Positions 15,122 through 24,150 of a DNA stretch of 36,065 nucleotides are shown here, in pieces. The stretch is taken from contig MNDB01000071.1 in assembly GCA_001914705.1 (NCBI GenBank), positions 1 to 36,065 on the forward strand. Direction: 5' to 3'. The first letter of the stretch is position 1, and each line of letters starts with the position of its first letter. The notes below the pieces were generated by a model. The model was given only the letters and a program-made list of their open reading frames with translations. It ran no database searches and had not been told where the DNA came from. The translations under genes and the position numbers were made by a program. Origin of the DNA: Actinobacteria bacterium 13_2_20CM_68_14. Its GTDB lineage: Bacteria > Actinomycetota > Thermoleophilia > Gaiellales > Gaiellaceae.

Positions 15122-16345
15122 GTGCTCCCGATCGTCCTCGTCCTGCTCGACGGGCTCGGCGACCGCGCTCACGACGTTCTCGGCGGACGGACGGCGGGTG
15201 AAGCGGCGGCGACCCCGAACCTGGACGCGCTTACGGCGCGCGGGTCGTGCGGACTTCTTCACGGCGTCGGGCCGGGCCGGGCGCCGTCGAGCGAGGTCGC
15301 GCACTGGGCGATGCTCGGCTACCGGCCCGACGAATTTCCCGGCCGAGCGGTCTTCGAGGCGCTGGGGCGTGGACAAGAGGTCAGCGCCGAGCACGTGTTC
15401 GCCTATGCGGCTCTGCGCCCGGCCGAGCGCCGGGACGACGGCTGGTGGCTGACCGGCCGCCCGCATCCGGAACGCGACGCCGAGCAGACCGCAGGGCTGG
15501 TCGAGCGCTGCAACGGGATCGAGATCGACGGGCTCACGTTCTCGCTCGAGCACGTCTGGCGCGGGGAATCTGTGCTCCGGATTTCAGGAGGCGCTGACGA
15601 CCGCGTCACGGACACGGATGCGTTCTTCCGCGACCGCCACCCGGTCCTGCGGCCGCGACCGGTCGTCCCTGAGGCGGAGCGGACGGCGCGCGCCTGCGAG
15701 GAGTGGAGCCGCGAGGTGCTGCGGCGCCTGGAAGGCGAGCCCTTCAACTTGATCACGCTCAAGTGGTTCGGCCGGCCCAGGGCGGTGCCGAGCTTTCGGG
15801 AGCGCCACGGGCTCTCCGGGAGCTTCGCCGCGGAATCGGCATTTCTCCGCGGTCTCGGGCGCTGCGTCGGGCTGGAGCCGATCGAGGCAAAGCTCGATCT
15901 CGGTCTGGTCGCCGAGCGGCTCGACGCCGGCGACTCCTTCGTCTACGTGCACGACAAGCGGGTGGACGAGGCGGGGCACACGAAGGACCCGCAGCAGAAG
16001 CAGCGGGCGATCGAGGAGCTCGACGCTGAGCTGTCGGCCCTGCCCACTGACCGGGCGATTGTCGGCGTCACCGGCGACCACGCAACCCCGGCCTCGCCGG
16101 AGGTGATTCACTCCGGCGACCCCGTGCCGCTCCTCGTCGCCGGCCCCGGCGTCCGAGCCGACGCCGTCACGAGTTTCGGCGAGCTCGACTGCGCCCACGG
16201 CATTCTCGGTCAACTCCGCGGGTCCGACCTGATGCCGGTGCTGCTGAATGCCGCCGACCGCCCGCTCTTCCTGGGCTCGCGACCGACTCCCGTCGACGGC
16301 GCCGACGGTTATCCGGCGAAAGAGTTGCTCGAGCCGCTCATTTGA
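15122..16345 (+). CDS. Alkaline-phosphatase-superfamily metalloenzyme, cofactor-independent phosphoglycerate mutase (ApgM)-like
   Basis: The 407-aa ORF starts at a GTG. It has the N-terminal metal/nucleophile motif VLVLLDGLGD..TPNLD and the distal motifs HDKRVDEAGHTKD and VTGDHATP, characteristic of ApgM-type mutases. Confidence 0.65.
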   Translation: MLPIVLVLLDGLGDRAHDVLGGRTAGEAAATPNLDALTARGSCGLLHGVGPGRAPSSEVAHWAMLGYRPDEFPGRAVFEALGRGQEVSAEHVFAYAALRPAERRDDGWWLTGRPHPERDAEQTAGLVERCNGIEIDGLTFSLEHVWRGESVLRISGGADDRVTDTDAFFRDRHPVLRPRPVVPEAERTARACEEWSREVLRRLEGEPFNLITLKWFGRPRAVPSFRERHGLSGSFAAESAFLRGLGRCVGLEPIEAKLDLGLVAERLDAGDSFVYVHDKRVDEAGHTKDPQQKQRAIEELDAELSALPTDRAIVGVTGDHATPASPEVIHSGDPVPLLVAGPGVRADAVTSFGELDCAHGILGQLRGSDLMPVLLNAADRPLFLGSRPTPVDGADGYPAKELLEPLI

Positions 16346-17129
16346 TCCCGATCCGGATGCGGTAACAGAGCAGCTGCGGCCACGTGCGGTCGCCGAGCAC
16401 GCGATCCGCGGTCTCGCGGAGGCGGAGTTGCTCGGGCGGATGATGCCGGAGAGCGCCGATGCTCTCGGCCAGGCCGGCTACCCCACCGGCGTCGGTCTCC
16501 CGCCAGCCGTGGGCGACGAGCTCGCGGGTAAACCGAAAGCGACCGCTCGCGCGGATCTCGTCGAGATGCCTCTCTTTCGGCCAGCTCGCAGCCCCCGCGG
16601 GGATCCCCAACCGCTTCCGCGCTTCGCGTCGGGCCTTCAGGAGAGCCGAGAACGCCGCGTCGACCTCGGGCTCGACGAACGGCGGGACGTCGTAGTCGCA
16701 GGCCGCAAAGACGCCTCCGTCCCTGAGAATCCGCGCCGCCTCGGCCAGGACGGGCTGCGGCTCCATCCAGTGGAACGACTGGAAGCTCGTGACCAGATCG
16801 GCCCGGCCGTCCGGCAGGCGCGTCTCCGCACCGAATGCCTCGACGTAGCGGACATTCGACTGCTCGGTGGCGGCTCGTGCGCGCTCGAGCATGCGGGGGT
16901 TCGGCTCGACCCCGATGACCTCGTCGACGCGTTCCGCCCACGCCCGGGTCGCGAGGCCGGTGCCGCACCCGAGGTCGACGACGAGAGCCGGCCGCTCGAC
17001 GCCGGCCACGACCGTCAGGACGTCGAGCACCTCGCTTGGGGGCGAGGGGCGGTAGCGGTCGTAGACGTCCGCGAACCCTTCGTTCAGGTATCCCGAACGC
17101 CCGATCAGCTCCTGCGAGAACGTCGACAT
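16338..17129 (-). CDS. Class I SAM-dependent methyltransferase
   Basis: The 263-aa ORF has motif I VVDLGCGTGLAT, post-I VIGVEPNPRM and motif II/III ...DLVTSFQSFHWM....LRDGGVF. It is convergent with the upstream gene and overlaps it by 8 nt. Confidence 0.85.
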   Translation of the reverse strand: MSTFSQELIGRSGYLNEGFADVYDRYRPSPPSEVLDVLTVVAGVERPALVVDLGCGTGLATRAWAERVDEVIGVEPNPRMLERARAATEQSNVRYVEAFGAETRLPDGRADLVTSFQSFHWMEPQPVLAEAARILRDGGVFAACDYDVPPFVEPEVDAAFSALLKARREARKRLGIPAGAASWPKERHLDEIRASGRFRFTRELVAHGWRETDAGGVAGLAESIGALRHHPPEQLRLRETADRVLGDRTWPQLLCYRIRIGIK

Positions 17130-17166
17130 GGAACGCCGATCCTAGACCCAGGGTAGGCTGATTCGC

Positions 17167-18132
17167 GTGCACGTCGAGTCGACGTCGGCGGCGCGCCGGG
17201 CGCGCTCGTTTGCGCTCCAGCCGGTCTGGTTCCTGCGGTTAGCCGCGCTCGAGCTCTTTGCACTCTGGGTGATCGTCGCGACGGGCGCGGCCGTCCGCTT
17301 GACCAGCTCCGGTCTCGGCTGCCGCCACTGGCCGGGCTGCGAAGCCGGCCATCCGCTGCCGGCGAAGGACTACCACGCGTACATCGAGTTCGGAAACCGG
17401 GTCGTCGGCGGCGTGACGATCCTGATCACGCTCTTCGTTGCGGTGGCGGCTTTCTGGACGCCGCTCGGACGGCGGGCGAAGCAGCTCGCGGTCGCGGTTT
17501 TCGCCGGGACTCTCGCGCAGGCGCCGCTCGGCTATCTCGCCGTCAAGACCGACCTGCGCTGGCCAGTCGTGGCGGCCCATCTGCTGCTGTCAATGGTGTT
17601 GCTCGCGGGTGCGGTCGTGCTGGTCTTCTTCGCCTCCGAGCTCATCGGCGGGCGAGCCGAGCCGCTCGTCCCACGGGAGCTCCGGCTCTACGGCGCCGGC
17701 GTCGCGGTCGCGGGGCTGGCGCTCGTCGTCAGCGGTGCGCTCGCCACCGCGGCGGGCCCGCACTCGGGTGGCGGAACGACGGAAGTCCACAGGCTCGCTC
17801 GCTTAGAACCGGTTCTCTACGCTCATGCGGGGGTCGTGGCGGTCTTCGGCTGCGCGTTCCTGTTCCTGCTCGGCTATCTGGCGGCCCGGCGATCGCGGGC
17901 GCCGCGGCTGTTCATCGCCGCGCTGGCCGTGCTCGCGGTCCTGCTCGTGCAGGTCGGCCTGGGCGAGCTGCAGTACCGGCTGCATCTGCCCTGGTATCTC
18001 GTGTTGCTGCACGTCGCCGTCGCCGCGACCGCCTGGGCCGGCATCGTTGCCCTCATCACAGCCTTCTGGCGCCCGCCGGCCTGGTTGGCGGTTCGCCATG
18101 CCGACGACCCACCGGTCCGTGCGTCGTACTAG
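17167..18132 (+). CDS. ctaA: Heme A synthase (COX15/CtaA family)
   Basis: The 321-aa polytopic membrane protein has TSSGLGCRHWPGC (the Cys pair of CtaA loop 1), HAYIEFGNR, and conserved His in later helices (AAHLLLS, LHVAVA). The start is a GTG. Confidence 0.8.
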   Translation: MHVESTSAARRARSFALQPVWFLRLAALELFALWVIVATGAAVRLTSSGLGCRHWPGCEAGHPLPAKDYHAYIEFGNRVVGGVTILITLFVAVAAFWTPLGRRAKQLAVAVFAGTLAQAPLGYLAVKTDLRWPVVAAHLLLSMVLLAGAVVLVFFASELIGGRAEPLVPRELRLYGAGVAVAGLALVVSGALATAAGPHSGGGTTEVHRLARLEPVLYAHAGVVAVFGCAFLFLLGYLAARRSRAPRLFIAALAVLAVLLVQVGLGELQYRLHLPWYLVLLHVAVAATAWAGIVALITAFWRPPAWLAVRHADDPPVRASY

Positions 18133-18133
18133 A

Positions 18134-18202
18134 CCCGGGTTAATACGGCCGCACCGGCAAAGCCGCCACGGCCCCTCAGGCGGCATCGCGAGCGATGCCT
18201 CG
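18134..18202 (-). repeat. Interspersed two-hairpin repeat element, copy F (sense strand = minus)
   Basis: The minus strand reads GAGGCATCGCtcGCGATGCC-gcctgagg-GGCCGTGGCGGC-ttt-GCCGGTGCGGCC-GTATTAACCCGGG. It begins 2 nt after the ctaA stop. Confidence 0.75.
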
Positions 18203-18226
18203 GCAGGACACGCGTAAACTTCCGGG

Positions 18227-19120
18227 ATGGAATCGGAGCTTCGGATTTCCGCCCGGCCGGAGCTCACCCGGCCGGTTCTCGTCGCCGCGTTTCGCGGCTG
18301 GAACGACGGCGCGCAGGCGGCCTCGCTTGCGGCCGGGTACCTCGCGCGGCTGTGGGGCGCCGACCAGGTCGCGGAGGTCGATCCGGAGGGTTTCTTCGAC
18401 TTCCAGGCGACCCGTCCGCACGTCTCGCTCGTCGACGGCATCACACGCCAGATCGACTGGCCGGAGACAGCCTTCTACCACGCGAAACCGCGCCGCCTCG
18501 ACCGCGACGTCTTGCTGCTGCTCGGCATCGAGCCGAACCTTCGCTGGCGCACGTTCAGCGACCTGGTCGTCGACCACGTTCAGGAGCTCGGGGTCGAGCT
18601 CGTGGTGTCTCTCGGTGCGTTGCTCGCCGACGTGCCGCACACGCGGCCTTCGCCGGTGACCGGCAGCGCCTCCGACGAGGGTCTCGTTAAAGAGCTCGGT
18701 CTCTCGACCTCACGCTACGAGGGGCCGACAGGGATCATCGGTGTCCTCCACGACGCGTGCAACAAGGCCGGGATCCCGTCGGCGAGCCTCTGGGCGGCAG
18801 TACCGCACTACGTCTCGCTGACCCCGAGTCCTCGGGCCGCGTCAGCACTGTGTGAGCGTCTCGGCGCGCTGCTCAGGGTCAAGATCGACACGGCTGAGCT
18901 GGACCAGGCGGCCGAGACCTACGAGGAGCAGGTCAGCCAGGCGGTCGCCAGCGACGAGGAGACGGCCGCGTACGTCGAGGAGCTCGAGCAACGGGCCGAC
19001 ACTGTCGAGGACGACTTCGAGCTTCCCTCCGGCGACGCTCTCGCCGCCGAGCTGACGCGCTACCTGCGCGAGCGCGAGGGCGGCAACGGCGAGTCGGGCC
19101 CGCGTGGGCCCGCCAGCTAG
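18227..19120 (+). CDS. PAC2 (proteasome assembly chaperone 2-like) family protein
   Basis: The 297-aa ORF reads PVLVAAFRGWNDGAQAAS...LLLLGIEPNLRWRTF...YEGPTGIIGVL...LWAAVPHYV, with an acidic C-terminal tail. This pattern is typical of actinobacterial PAC2-family proteins. Confidence 0.7.
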   Translation: MESELRISARPELTRPVLVAAFRGWNDGAQAASLAAGYLARLWGADQVAEVDPEGFFDFQATRPHVSLVDGITRQIDWPETAFYHAKPRRLDRDVLLLLGIEPNLRWRTFSDLVVDHVQELGVELVVSLGALLADVPHTRPSPVTGSASDEGLVKELGLSTSRYEGPTGIIGVLHDACNKAGIPSASLWAAVPHYVSLTPSPRAASALCERLGALLRVKIDTAELDQAAETYEEQVSQAVASDEETAAYVEELEQRADTVEDDFELPSGDALAAELTRYLREREGGNGESGPRGPAS

Positions 19121-19124
19121 AGCT

Positions 19125-20732
19125 CTACCCGAAGGTAAACGAGTAGACAGAGACGCCGGGCGTGAAGCTGAGGCGAAGCTGGGCGTCCAGCAGCTGTGGC
19201 CGGGTCACGACCGTGTACAGGCGGTCGATCCCCTTGACGGCGATGGTCCGTAGTTTGTGGCCGTCGACCGAGACGCCGACGCTGCCGTGGCCGCCCATGA
19301 CGAGGTAGACATCCTTCGCGTGGAAGTGGAGCGCAAGCTCTGCGTCTCGCACGGCGGTCGTATGCTCGCCACCGAGCCGCCAACGACCTGACAGCGCCCA
19401 GCTGTTCTGGCTGACGTCCTCCGGGGCCTTGTAGTTGTGTGCAACGTTGGGCAAAGCCTTCGAGCCCACATAGCCCGTGAGCTGCCGGTCGTAGCCGAGG
19501 TAGGTCTCGGGAGTCGTCAACTCGGTCGGCGTCATGTCGGCGAGGTCGGCCTTCCCAGGCCCTGCTTCGCCGAGGAGCTGCCGGATCAGGTTCTCCGTCC
19601 GGCTGTACTCACCCTCGCCAAAGTGCTCGTTGCGGATGTCCCCGCGCTTGTCGATCAGGTACTCGGCCGGCCAGTACTGGTTCCGGTAGGCGTTCCACGT
19701 CTTGTACTTCGGATCGAGCGCGACGGGCCAGCTGACGCCGAGCTGCTTGGTCGCCGAGCCGACGTTGTGCGGCACCGCCTCGAACGCGAACTCCGGCGTG
19801 TGAACGCCGACGATCTCCAGTCCGGCCCGGTGGTAGGCCTTCCACCAGGACTTCAGGTGCGGCAGCGTCCGCAGGCAGTTGATGCAGGAGTACGTCCAGA
19901 AATCGACGAGGACGACCTTGCCGCGGAGCTGCTGCAGCGTCAGCGGCTTCGAGTTGAACCAGTCGCTGATGCCGGTGAAGGCGGGCGCGGGACCGAAGTT
20001 CGCAAGGTTGCTCGACTCGTGGTGACAGCGTCCGGTCAGCCGTTGCTGAACCGCGCAGCTGTTCTGGAGCCGGTCGGCGAGCCCCAACGTGCCGATGTTC
20101 GCGAGCGAGCGATCGACGTTGAACGTGATCAGCAGAGCCGTCACCGCGATCAGGGCACCGAGGCCGGCGCGAACCTGGGCCGCGTGCGCCCGGAAGAACT
20201 GCAAGCCGCCGGCTGCACGCCGGCCGCCGTAGGCGACCGCCAGCATCGGCAGTGCGATGCCGATCGCGTAGGCCAGCGCCACCGCCTCGCGCTCCCCGCT
20301 GCCGACGCTCGCAGAGCCGGTGATGATCGAGGCGAGAATCAGGCCGCCGCAGGGCACGAAGACGAGCCCGAGCGCCAGCCCGAGCACGAACCCGCCACCG
20401 AGATCGCCCCCGGGCCGGCGGCTGAAGCGGGCTAGCGGGCGCTCGAGCACCTGGCCCAGGCGGGGAACGAGCAGGGTCGCCGCGACGACGAAGAGGAGCG
20501 CGATCGAGATGTTGCGCAGGAGATCCTGGGGGAGGTGAAGCTGTCGCAGCAGCCATGACACCGCGAGCAGCGAGCCGGTGAAGCCGACGACGACTCCGGC
20601 GATGATCGCAAGCGGGCGGCGGTGCCCTCCGCTCGCGCCGCCTGCGAAGACGATCGGTAAGACCGGGAACGCGCAGGGTGAGACCGCGGTGATGACACCG
20701 ACGAGAAAGGCGACCCCGAGCAGAAGAGCCAC
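19125..20732 (-). CDS. dipZ: DipZ-type fusion protein: CcdA/DsbD-like thiol-disulfide transporter + thioredoxin-like domain + C-terminal beta-sandwich domain
   Basis: The 535-aa ORF has N-terminal TM helices with conserved Cys (VSPCAFPVLP, FVPCGG). These are followed by KVVLVDFWTYSCINCLRTLPHL (CxxC redoxin) and a C-terminal domain ...LSGRWRLGGEH...LHFHAKDVYLVMGG... The start is a GTG. Confidence 0.85.
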   Translation of the reverse strand: MALLLGVAFLVGVITAVSPCAFPVLPIVFAGGASGGHRRPLAIIAGVVVGFTGSLLAVSWLLRQLHLPQDLLRNISIALLFVVAATLLVPRLGQVLERPLARFSRRPGGDLGGGFVLGLALGLVFVPCGGLILASIITGSASVGSGEREAVALAYAIGIALPMLAVAYGGRRAAGGLQFFRAHAAQVRAGLGALIAVTALLITFNVDRSLANIGTLGLADRLQNSCAVQQRLTGRCHHESSNLANFGPAPAFTGISDWFNSKPLTLQQLRGKVVLVDFWTYSCINCLRTLPHLKSWWKAYHRAGLEIVGVHTPEFAFEAVPHNVGSATKQLGVSWPVALDPKYKTWNAYRNQYWPAEYLIDKRGDIRNEHFGEGEYSRTENLIRQLLGEAGPGKADLADMTPTELTTPETYLGYDRQLTGYVGSKALPNVAHNYKAPEDVSQNSWALSGRWRLGGEHTTAVRDAELALHFHAKDVYLVMGGHGSVGVSVDGHKLRTIAVKGIDRLYTVVTRPQLLDAQLRLSFTPGVSVYSFTFG

Positions 20733-20761
20733 GGCTTATGGTCCTTCGTTGAAGCCGGGCG

Positions 20762-23266
20762 TTACGGTTCTGGCGCCGGCGCGGGCTCCGGCTTTGCCGG
20801 CTCGTCTGTCGGCTTCGTGGCGTCCTGCGCCGCCTGCGGCTGCTGCTGCCCGTTCTGGGCCTGCTGCTGCTGCTGCTGCTGCGCGTTCTGAGACTTCTTC
20901 TTGCGCCGTCTCCGCCGCCGGCGCGATCTTCCGCTCGGCTGCTTGGGCGCCGGCAGGTTCTCGGCGAGCCCGTGCGCGACTTCCGGCAGCGTGCCGAGCT
21001 GCTCGCGGGCGGCGTCGATCAGCTGGTTGGCGCGCGGTGTGTAGCCCTCGGCGGATGCGAGCAGCGCCGCCCCCACTTCGAGCGGTTGCTCGCGGGCGGC
21101 GTTGACGAGCTTCGCGGCGTTCTCCTCGTGACGGTGTCCCCGCGAGTTGGCCAGCGCCCCGAGCAGGCGTTTCGCCTCCGGGAACTCGGCGCTCGCCCGG
21201 CGATCCTGCACCTTGCGCGTTGCGCGCGCGAGCCGCCAGATCCAGCGGGCGAGGATCTGCTCGGGCGCATCGGCTTTACCCTCGCCGATCGCGCGCAGGA
21301 GGATGCGGACTCCCTGGACGCGGTCCTTCTCCCAGGTCGGAGCCTGGGTGACCAGGGTGACGAGATCGTCGAAATCAGCGCGCTCGACCACCATCGAGAC
21401 GCGGTCGGCGAGAGCCGTCATTCGCAGCCGGCGGTTCGGGTTCTCCGCGGCGCAGGTGGCCAGGAAAGTCTCGAGCGCACCCCTGGACGCGCCGCCCTCG
21501 GTGAACTTCTTCGCGAACTCGACACGCTCGTCGAAGCGGACGTTGCGACCGGCGATCGTCGCCCAGTAGCGCTGCTCGTCCTCGTCGAGGAAGCGCGGGT
21601 CGATCCGCTGCCACTCGCGCGTGATCACACCGAGCCGGCGCTTCACGTCGGCCGTGACCGGCACGAGCCAGGGCGCCGGCGAGAGCTTCCGGCGGGCGCG
21701 CCGCTGCTGGCGGCGCCGAGGCGCCGGCGTGACGCGCGCGCCTTCGCGGTAGAAGTCGGAGTCGAGCAGGCTGTGCAGCGAGACGACGCGCTCGTTGTGG
21801 GTCGCCGCCTTGGGCACGAAGTCGACCACGACGCCCGCTTCCTTGCGCGGGTGCATGCGCATGATCCGGCCGATTCGCTGCTGGTAGACGCGCTTGCTCG
21901 CGGTCGGAGCCAGGTGCATGCAGACGGTCGCGCGCGGCGAGTTCCAACCCTCCGCGAGCAGCATTGCGTTGATCAGGACGTCAATCTCACCGCGCTCGTA
22001 GGCGGCGAGAATCTCGGCCAGCTTCACCGGCGGCGTCCGGCCGCTGACCGCCTCGGCCTTCAGCCCGGCCGCTCGGAACTCTTTCGCCAGGTTGTAGGCA
22101 TGCTCGACGCCGGCCGCGTAGACGATCCCGGGCGTCGAGTCGAAGCGGTCCCGGTAGAGGCTCGCGGCAGCCTGGTTCAGGGCCTGGTGGTCGAGCGCCT
22201 GCGCCAGGGCTCGCTCTTCGAAGTCGCCGCCGACGATCGGCACGGTGTGGATCGCCGCGGCCGGTGGAACGCGTAGGGAGCGCAGGGGCGCGATCAGCCC
22301 GCGCCGGGCCGCATCGGCCAGCGGCAGGTCGTCGACGGAAGCAGGAAAGACGTCCGAGACCTGCTTCGCGATCAGCTGCTCGGTCGCGGTCATGCCGATG
22401 TAGATCGGGTTCGTGAAGCCGCGGATCGCCGCGCTCGTCTTCTCGCCGAGGGCGGTGTGGGCCTCGTCGGCGATCACGAGGTGGTACGCCTCCGGGTTCA
22501 GGTCGCCCCAGTGGCGCGCGAACCAGGCGTAGGTCTGGATCGTCAGCGGGTTCGCTTCGGGCGGCTCTTGGCCGCGCTCGATGGCGTCGACTATCCGGTC
22601 GCCGTACCCCTCGGCCGTCAGGTCGCGGTTGAACTGGGAAACGAGCAGGCGGCGGTGGGTGAGGATGAGCACGCCCAGCGTGCGCGCGGCCTCGACGAAC
22701 CCGGCGGCGGCGATCGTCTTGCCGGACGCGGTCGGATGCCTAAAGCGAAAGCGGCGGACTGCGCCGGGGTCTTCTTCAGGCGAGAGCGGCAGCGGCAGCT
22801 CGTCCCCGTCGCCGTCGGCGGCCGCCGCCGGCTCCAGCTCGTCTTCCTCCTCCTCGTCGACCTCCGGCTCGGCGTAGGCGCCGTTCCCGTTCCCGAGCTC
22901 AGGCGCGGCCTGAGCCGCGGCGATCAATTCGGTGAGCATGCCGGCGAGCGCGTCGATCTGGTGCTTCCGCAGCTCGGTTCCGGAGGCGAGCCGCGGCGGA
23001 CGGTTGGTGAGCACGCGCTCGAGCCCGAGCATCAGCGCGTAGCGGCGCTTCCATTCGTAGGAGGGCGTGGTGCGGCCCGCGTCCATCTCCTCCACGGCGT
23101 CGTCGAGAGCAAGCCTGCGGGCAGTTCCGGGGGCCAGTACGACGGCAGGGTCTTCGTCGGCCCGGAGAAATGGCTCTCCGGCCCAGTCTTGCGCGCGGGC
23201 GGCGGTCTCGGTGAGACCGTTTGCCGCCTCCGGCGCTAGCGTCGGCTGCTCGGTCGTCTCTTGCAT
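20762..23266 (-). CDS. Superfamily-2 DEAD/DEAH-box (ResIII-like) helicase with a long C-terminal extension and a basic/poly-Q tail
   Basis: Track ORF 20762..23359. It has Walker A HPTASGKT, motif II VIADEAH, motif III MTAT and motif VI YQQRIGRIMR. A C-terminal region of about 330 aa of unknown function ends in [35 protein letters not shown].... The start is taken as ATG 23266 (MQETTEQ); ATG 23359 is also possible. Confidence 0.8.
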   Translation of the reverse strand: MQETTEQPTLAPEAANGLTETAARAQDWAGEPFLRADEDPAVVLAPGTARRLALDDAVEEMDAGRTTPSYEWKRRYALMLGLERVLTNRPPRLASGTELRKHQIDALAGMLTELIAAAQAAPELGNGNGAYAEPEVDEEEEDELEPAAAADGDGDELPLPLSPEEDPGAVRRFRFRHPTASGKTIAAAGFVEAARTLGVLILTHRRLLVSQFNRDLTAEGYGDRIVDAIERGQEPPEANPLTIQTYAWFARHWGDLNPEAYHLVIADEAHTALGEKTSAAIRGFTNPIYIGMTATEQLIAKQVSDVFPASVDDLPLADAARRGLIAPLRSLRVPPAAAIHTVPIVGGDFEERALAQALDHQALNQAAASLYRDRFDSTPGIVYAAGVEHAYNLAKEFRAAGLKAEAVSGRTPPVKLAEILAAYERGEIDVLINAMLLAEGWNSPRATVCMHLAPTASKRVYQQRIGRIMRMHPRKEAGVVVDFVPKAATHNERVVSLHSLLDSDFYREGARVTPAPRRRQQRRARRKLSPAPWLVPVTADVKRRLGVITREWQRIDPRFLDEDEQRYWATIAGRNVRFDERVEFAKKFTEGGASRGALETFLATCAAENPNRRLRMTALADRVSMVVERADFDDLVTLVTQAPTWEKDRVQGVRILLRAIGEGKADAPEQILARWIWRLARATRKVQDRRASAEFPEAKRLLGALANSRGHRHEENAAKLVNAAREQPLEVGAALLASAEGYTPRANQLIDAAREQLGTLPEVAHGLAENLPAPKQPSGRSRRRRRRRKKKSQNAQQQQQQQAQNGQQQPQAAQDATKPTDEPAKPEPAPAPEP

Positions 23267-23547
23267 CGACGCAGCACTTTCCAGTGCTGCAATCCTCGTA
23301 ATGAGAAGCGAGCCCGCGTTTACCCCTTTGGCGAGCCTCGCACCAGCAGCATACCCCATTTCCGGGGCTTTGCGGAACCCGTGGCCTGACCGGCAACGTC
23401 GGCCAAGCTCCCTGGCCCGCGATCACGCTGCGCCAGAGTCCACGCTCGCCCTTGTCAAGGCTGCCAGCCTTGCCTGCGGACGATCGCGGCCTCTGGCTTG
23501 GTGCTCGCGACCCAGGAAGCGGGCAAGGTCACCGGCCAGGCCACCGC

Positions 23548-24150
23548 TTAGAGAGGAGTGCCGGACCCGCCGAGGCCGCCGAAGATGACGAACGGGTTCT
23601 GCGGAAGCGTTTCGTAGACCAGTTCCCCGCTTGCCTCGACCTCGCCGTGGAGCCTTTTTGCGAGCTCGCGAGCGCCTTCTTCGGAATCGGCGCCGACGAG
23701 GACGTACCGGTAGCGGCGAACGACGCTGTAGCCGTCCGCTGCGATCTTGGCGGCGAGGGTTTCCGCTGCCTCGGGGGTGTCTGCTTCGAGCCGCACCTCC
23801 CAGGGCGACAGCCCTTCCTTCAGCACCTCCTGCTCGGCCTCGAATTCCTGCGGTGCCTCGTCGTCCCAGCGGTCTTCCTCCGCGAGCCAGTGCTCGATCG
23901 AGCCGACCCGTCCCTCGGCGCCCGTCTCGCGAAGCTCCGTTTCGATGACGTCGCGGGCGCGCTCCGCTTCGGCCCGCGAGCCGGCGTAGACGAAGAGCGT
24001 CTCGTCGTCGCGCGACACGACCAGGCGGCGGCCCTCGAGGTCCTCGGCCAACCGGCGGGCTTCGAAGCTGAGGTCGAGACCGAGCCGCTCGAGCGTGCTC
24101 TCGGCACGGCCTTCCTCGAGGTCGACCCTGATCCGCCAGTCGTCGTTCAC
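23548..24150 (-). CDS. Acidic hypothetical protein with an internal two-fold domain duplication
   Basis: The 200-aa ORF starts at a GTG that overlaps the fadB stop (GTGA). WRIRVDLEE...RLVVSRDDETLFVYAGSRAEAERARDVIETEL is echoed by WEVRLEADTPE...YSVVRRYRYVLVGADSEEGARELAKRLHGEVE. Confidence 0.6.
   Translation of the reverse strand: MNDDWRIRVDLEEGRAESTLERLGLDLSFEARRLAEDLEGRRLVVSRDDETLFVYAGSRAEAERARDVIETELRETGAEGRVGSIEHWLAEEDRWDDEAPQEFEAEQEVLKEGLSPWEVRLEADTPEAAETLAAKIAADGYSVVRRYRYVLVGADSEEGARELAKRLHGEVEASGELVYETLPQNPFVIFGGLGGSGTPL

Noticed and set aside
23400-23470. Perfect TTGACA hexamer and palindrome CAAGGCTGgCAGCCTTG upstream of the helicase (minus strand)
   Set aside because: No acceptable -10 hexamer lies 16-19 nt downstream of the TTGACA, and a single palindrome has no second occurrence. 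This is insufficient to call a promoter or operator.
20762-24150. Helicase plus adjacent hypothetical gene as an anti-phage defence module
   Set aside because: No nuclease, methyltransferase, TIR, SIR2 or similar effector domain was recognised. The 200-aa gene is coupled to fadB rather than to the helicase, and the flanks are core metabolism genes.
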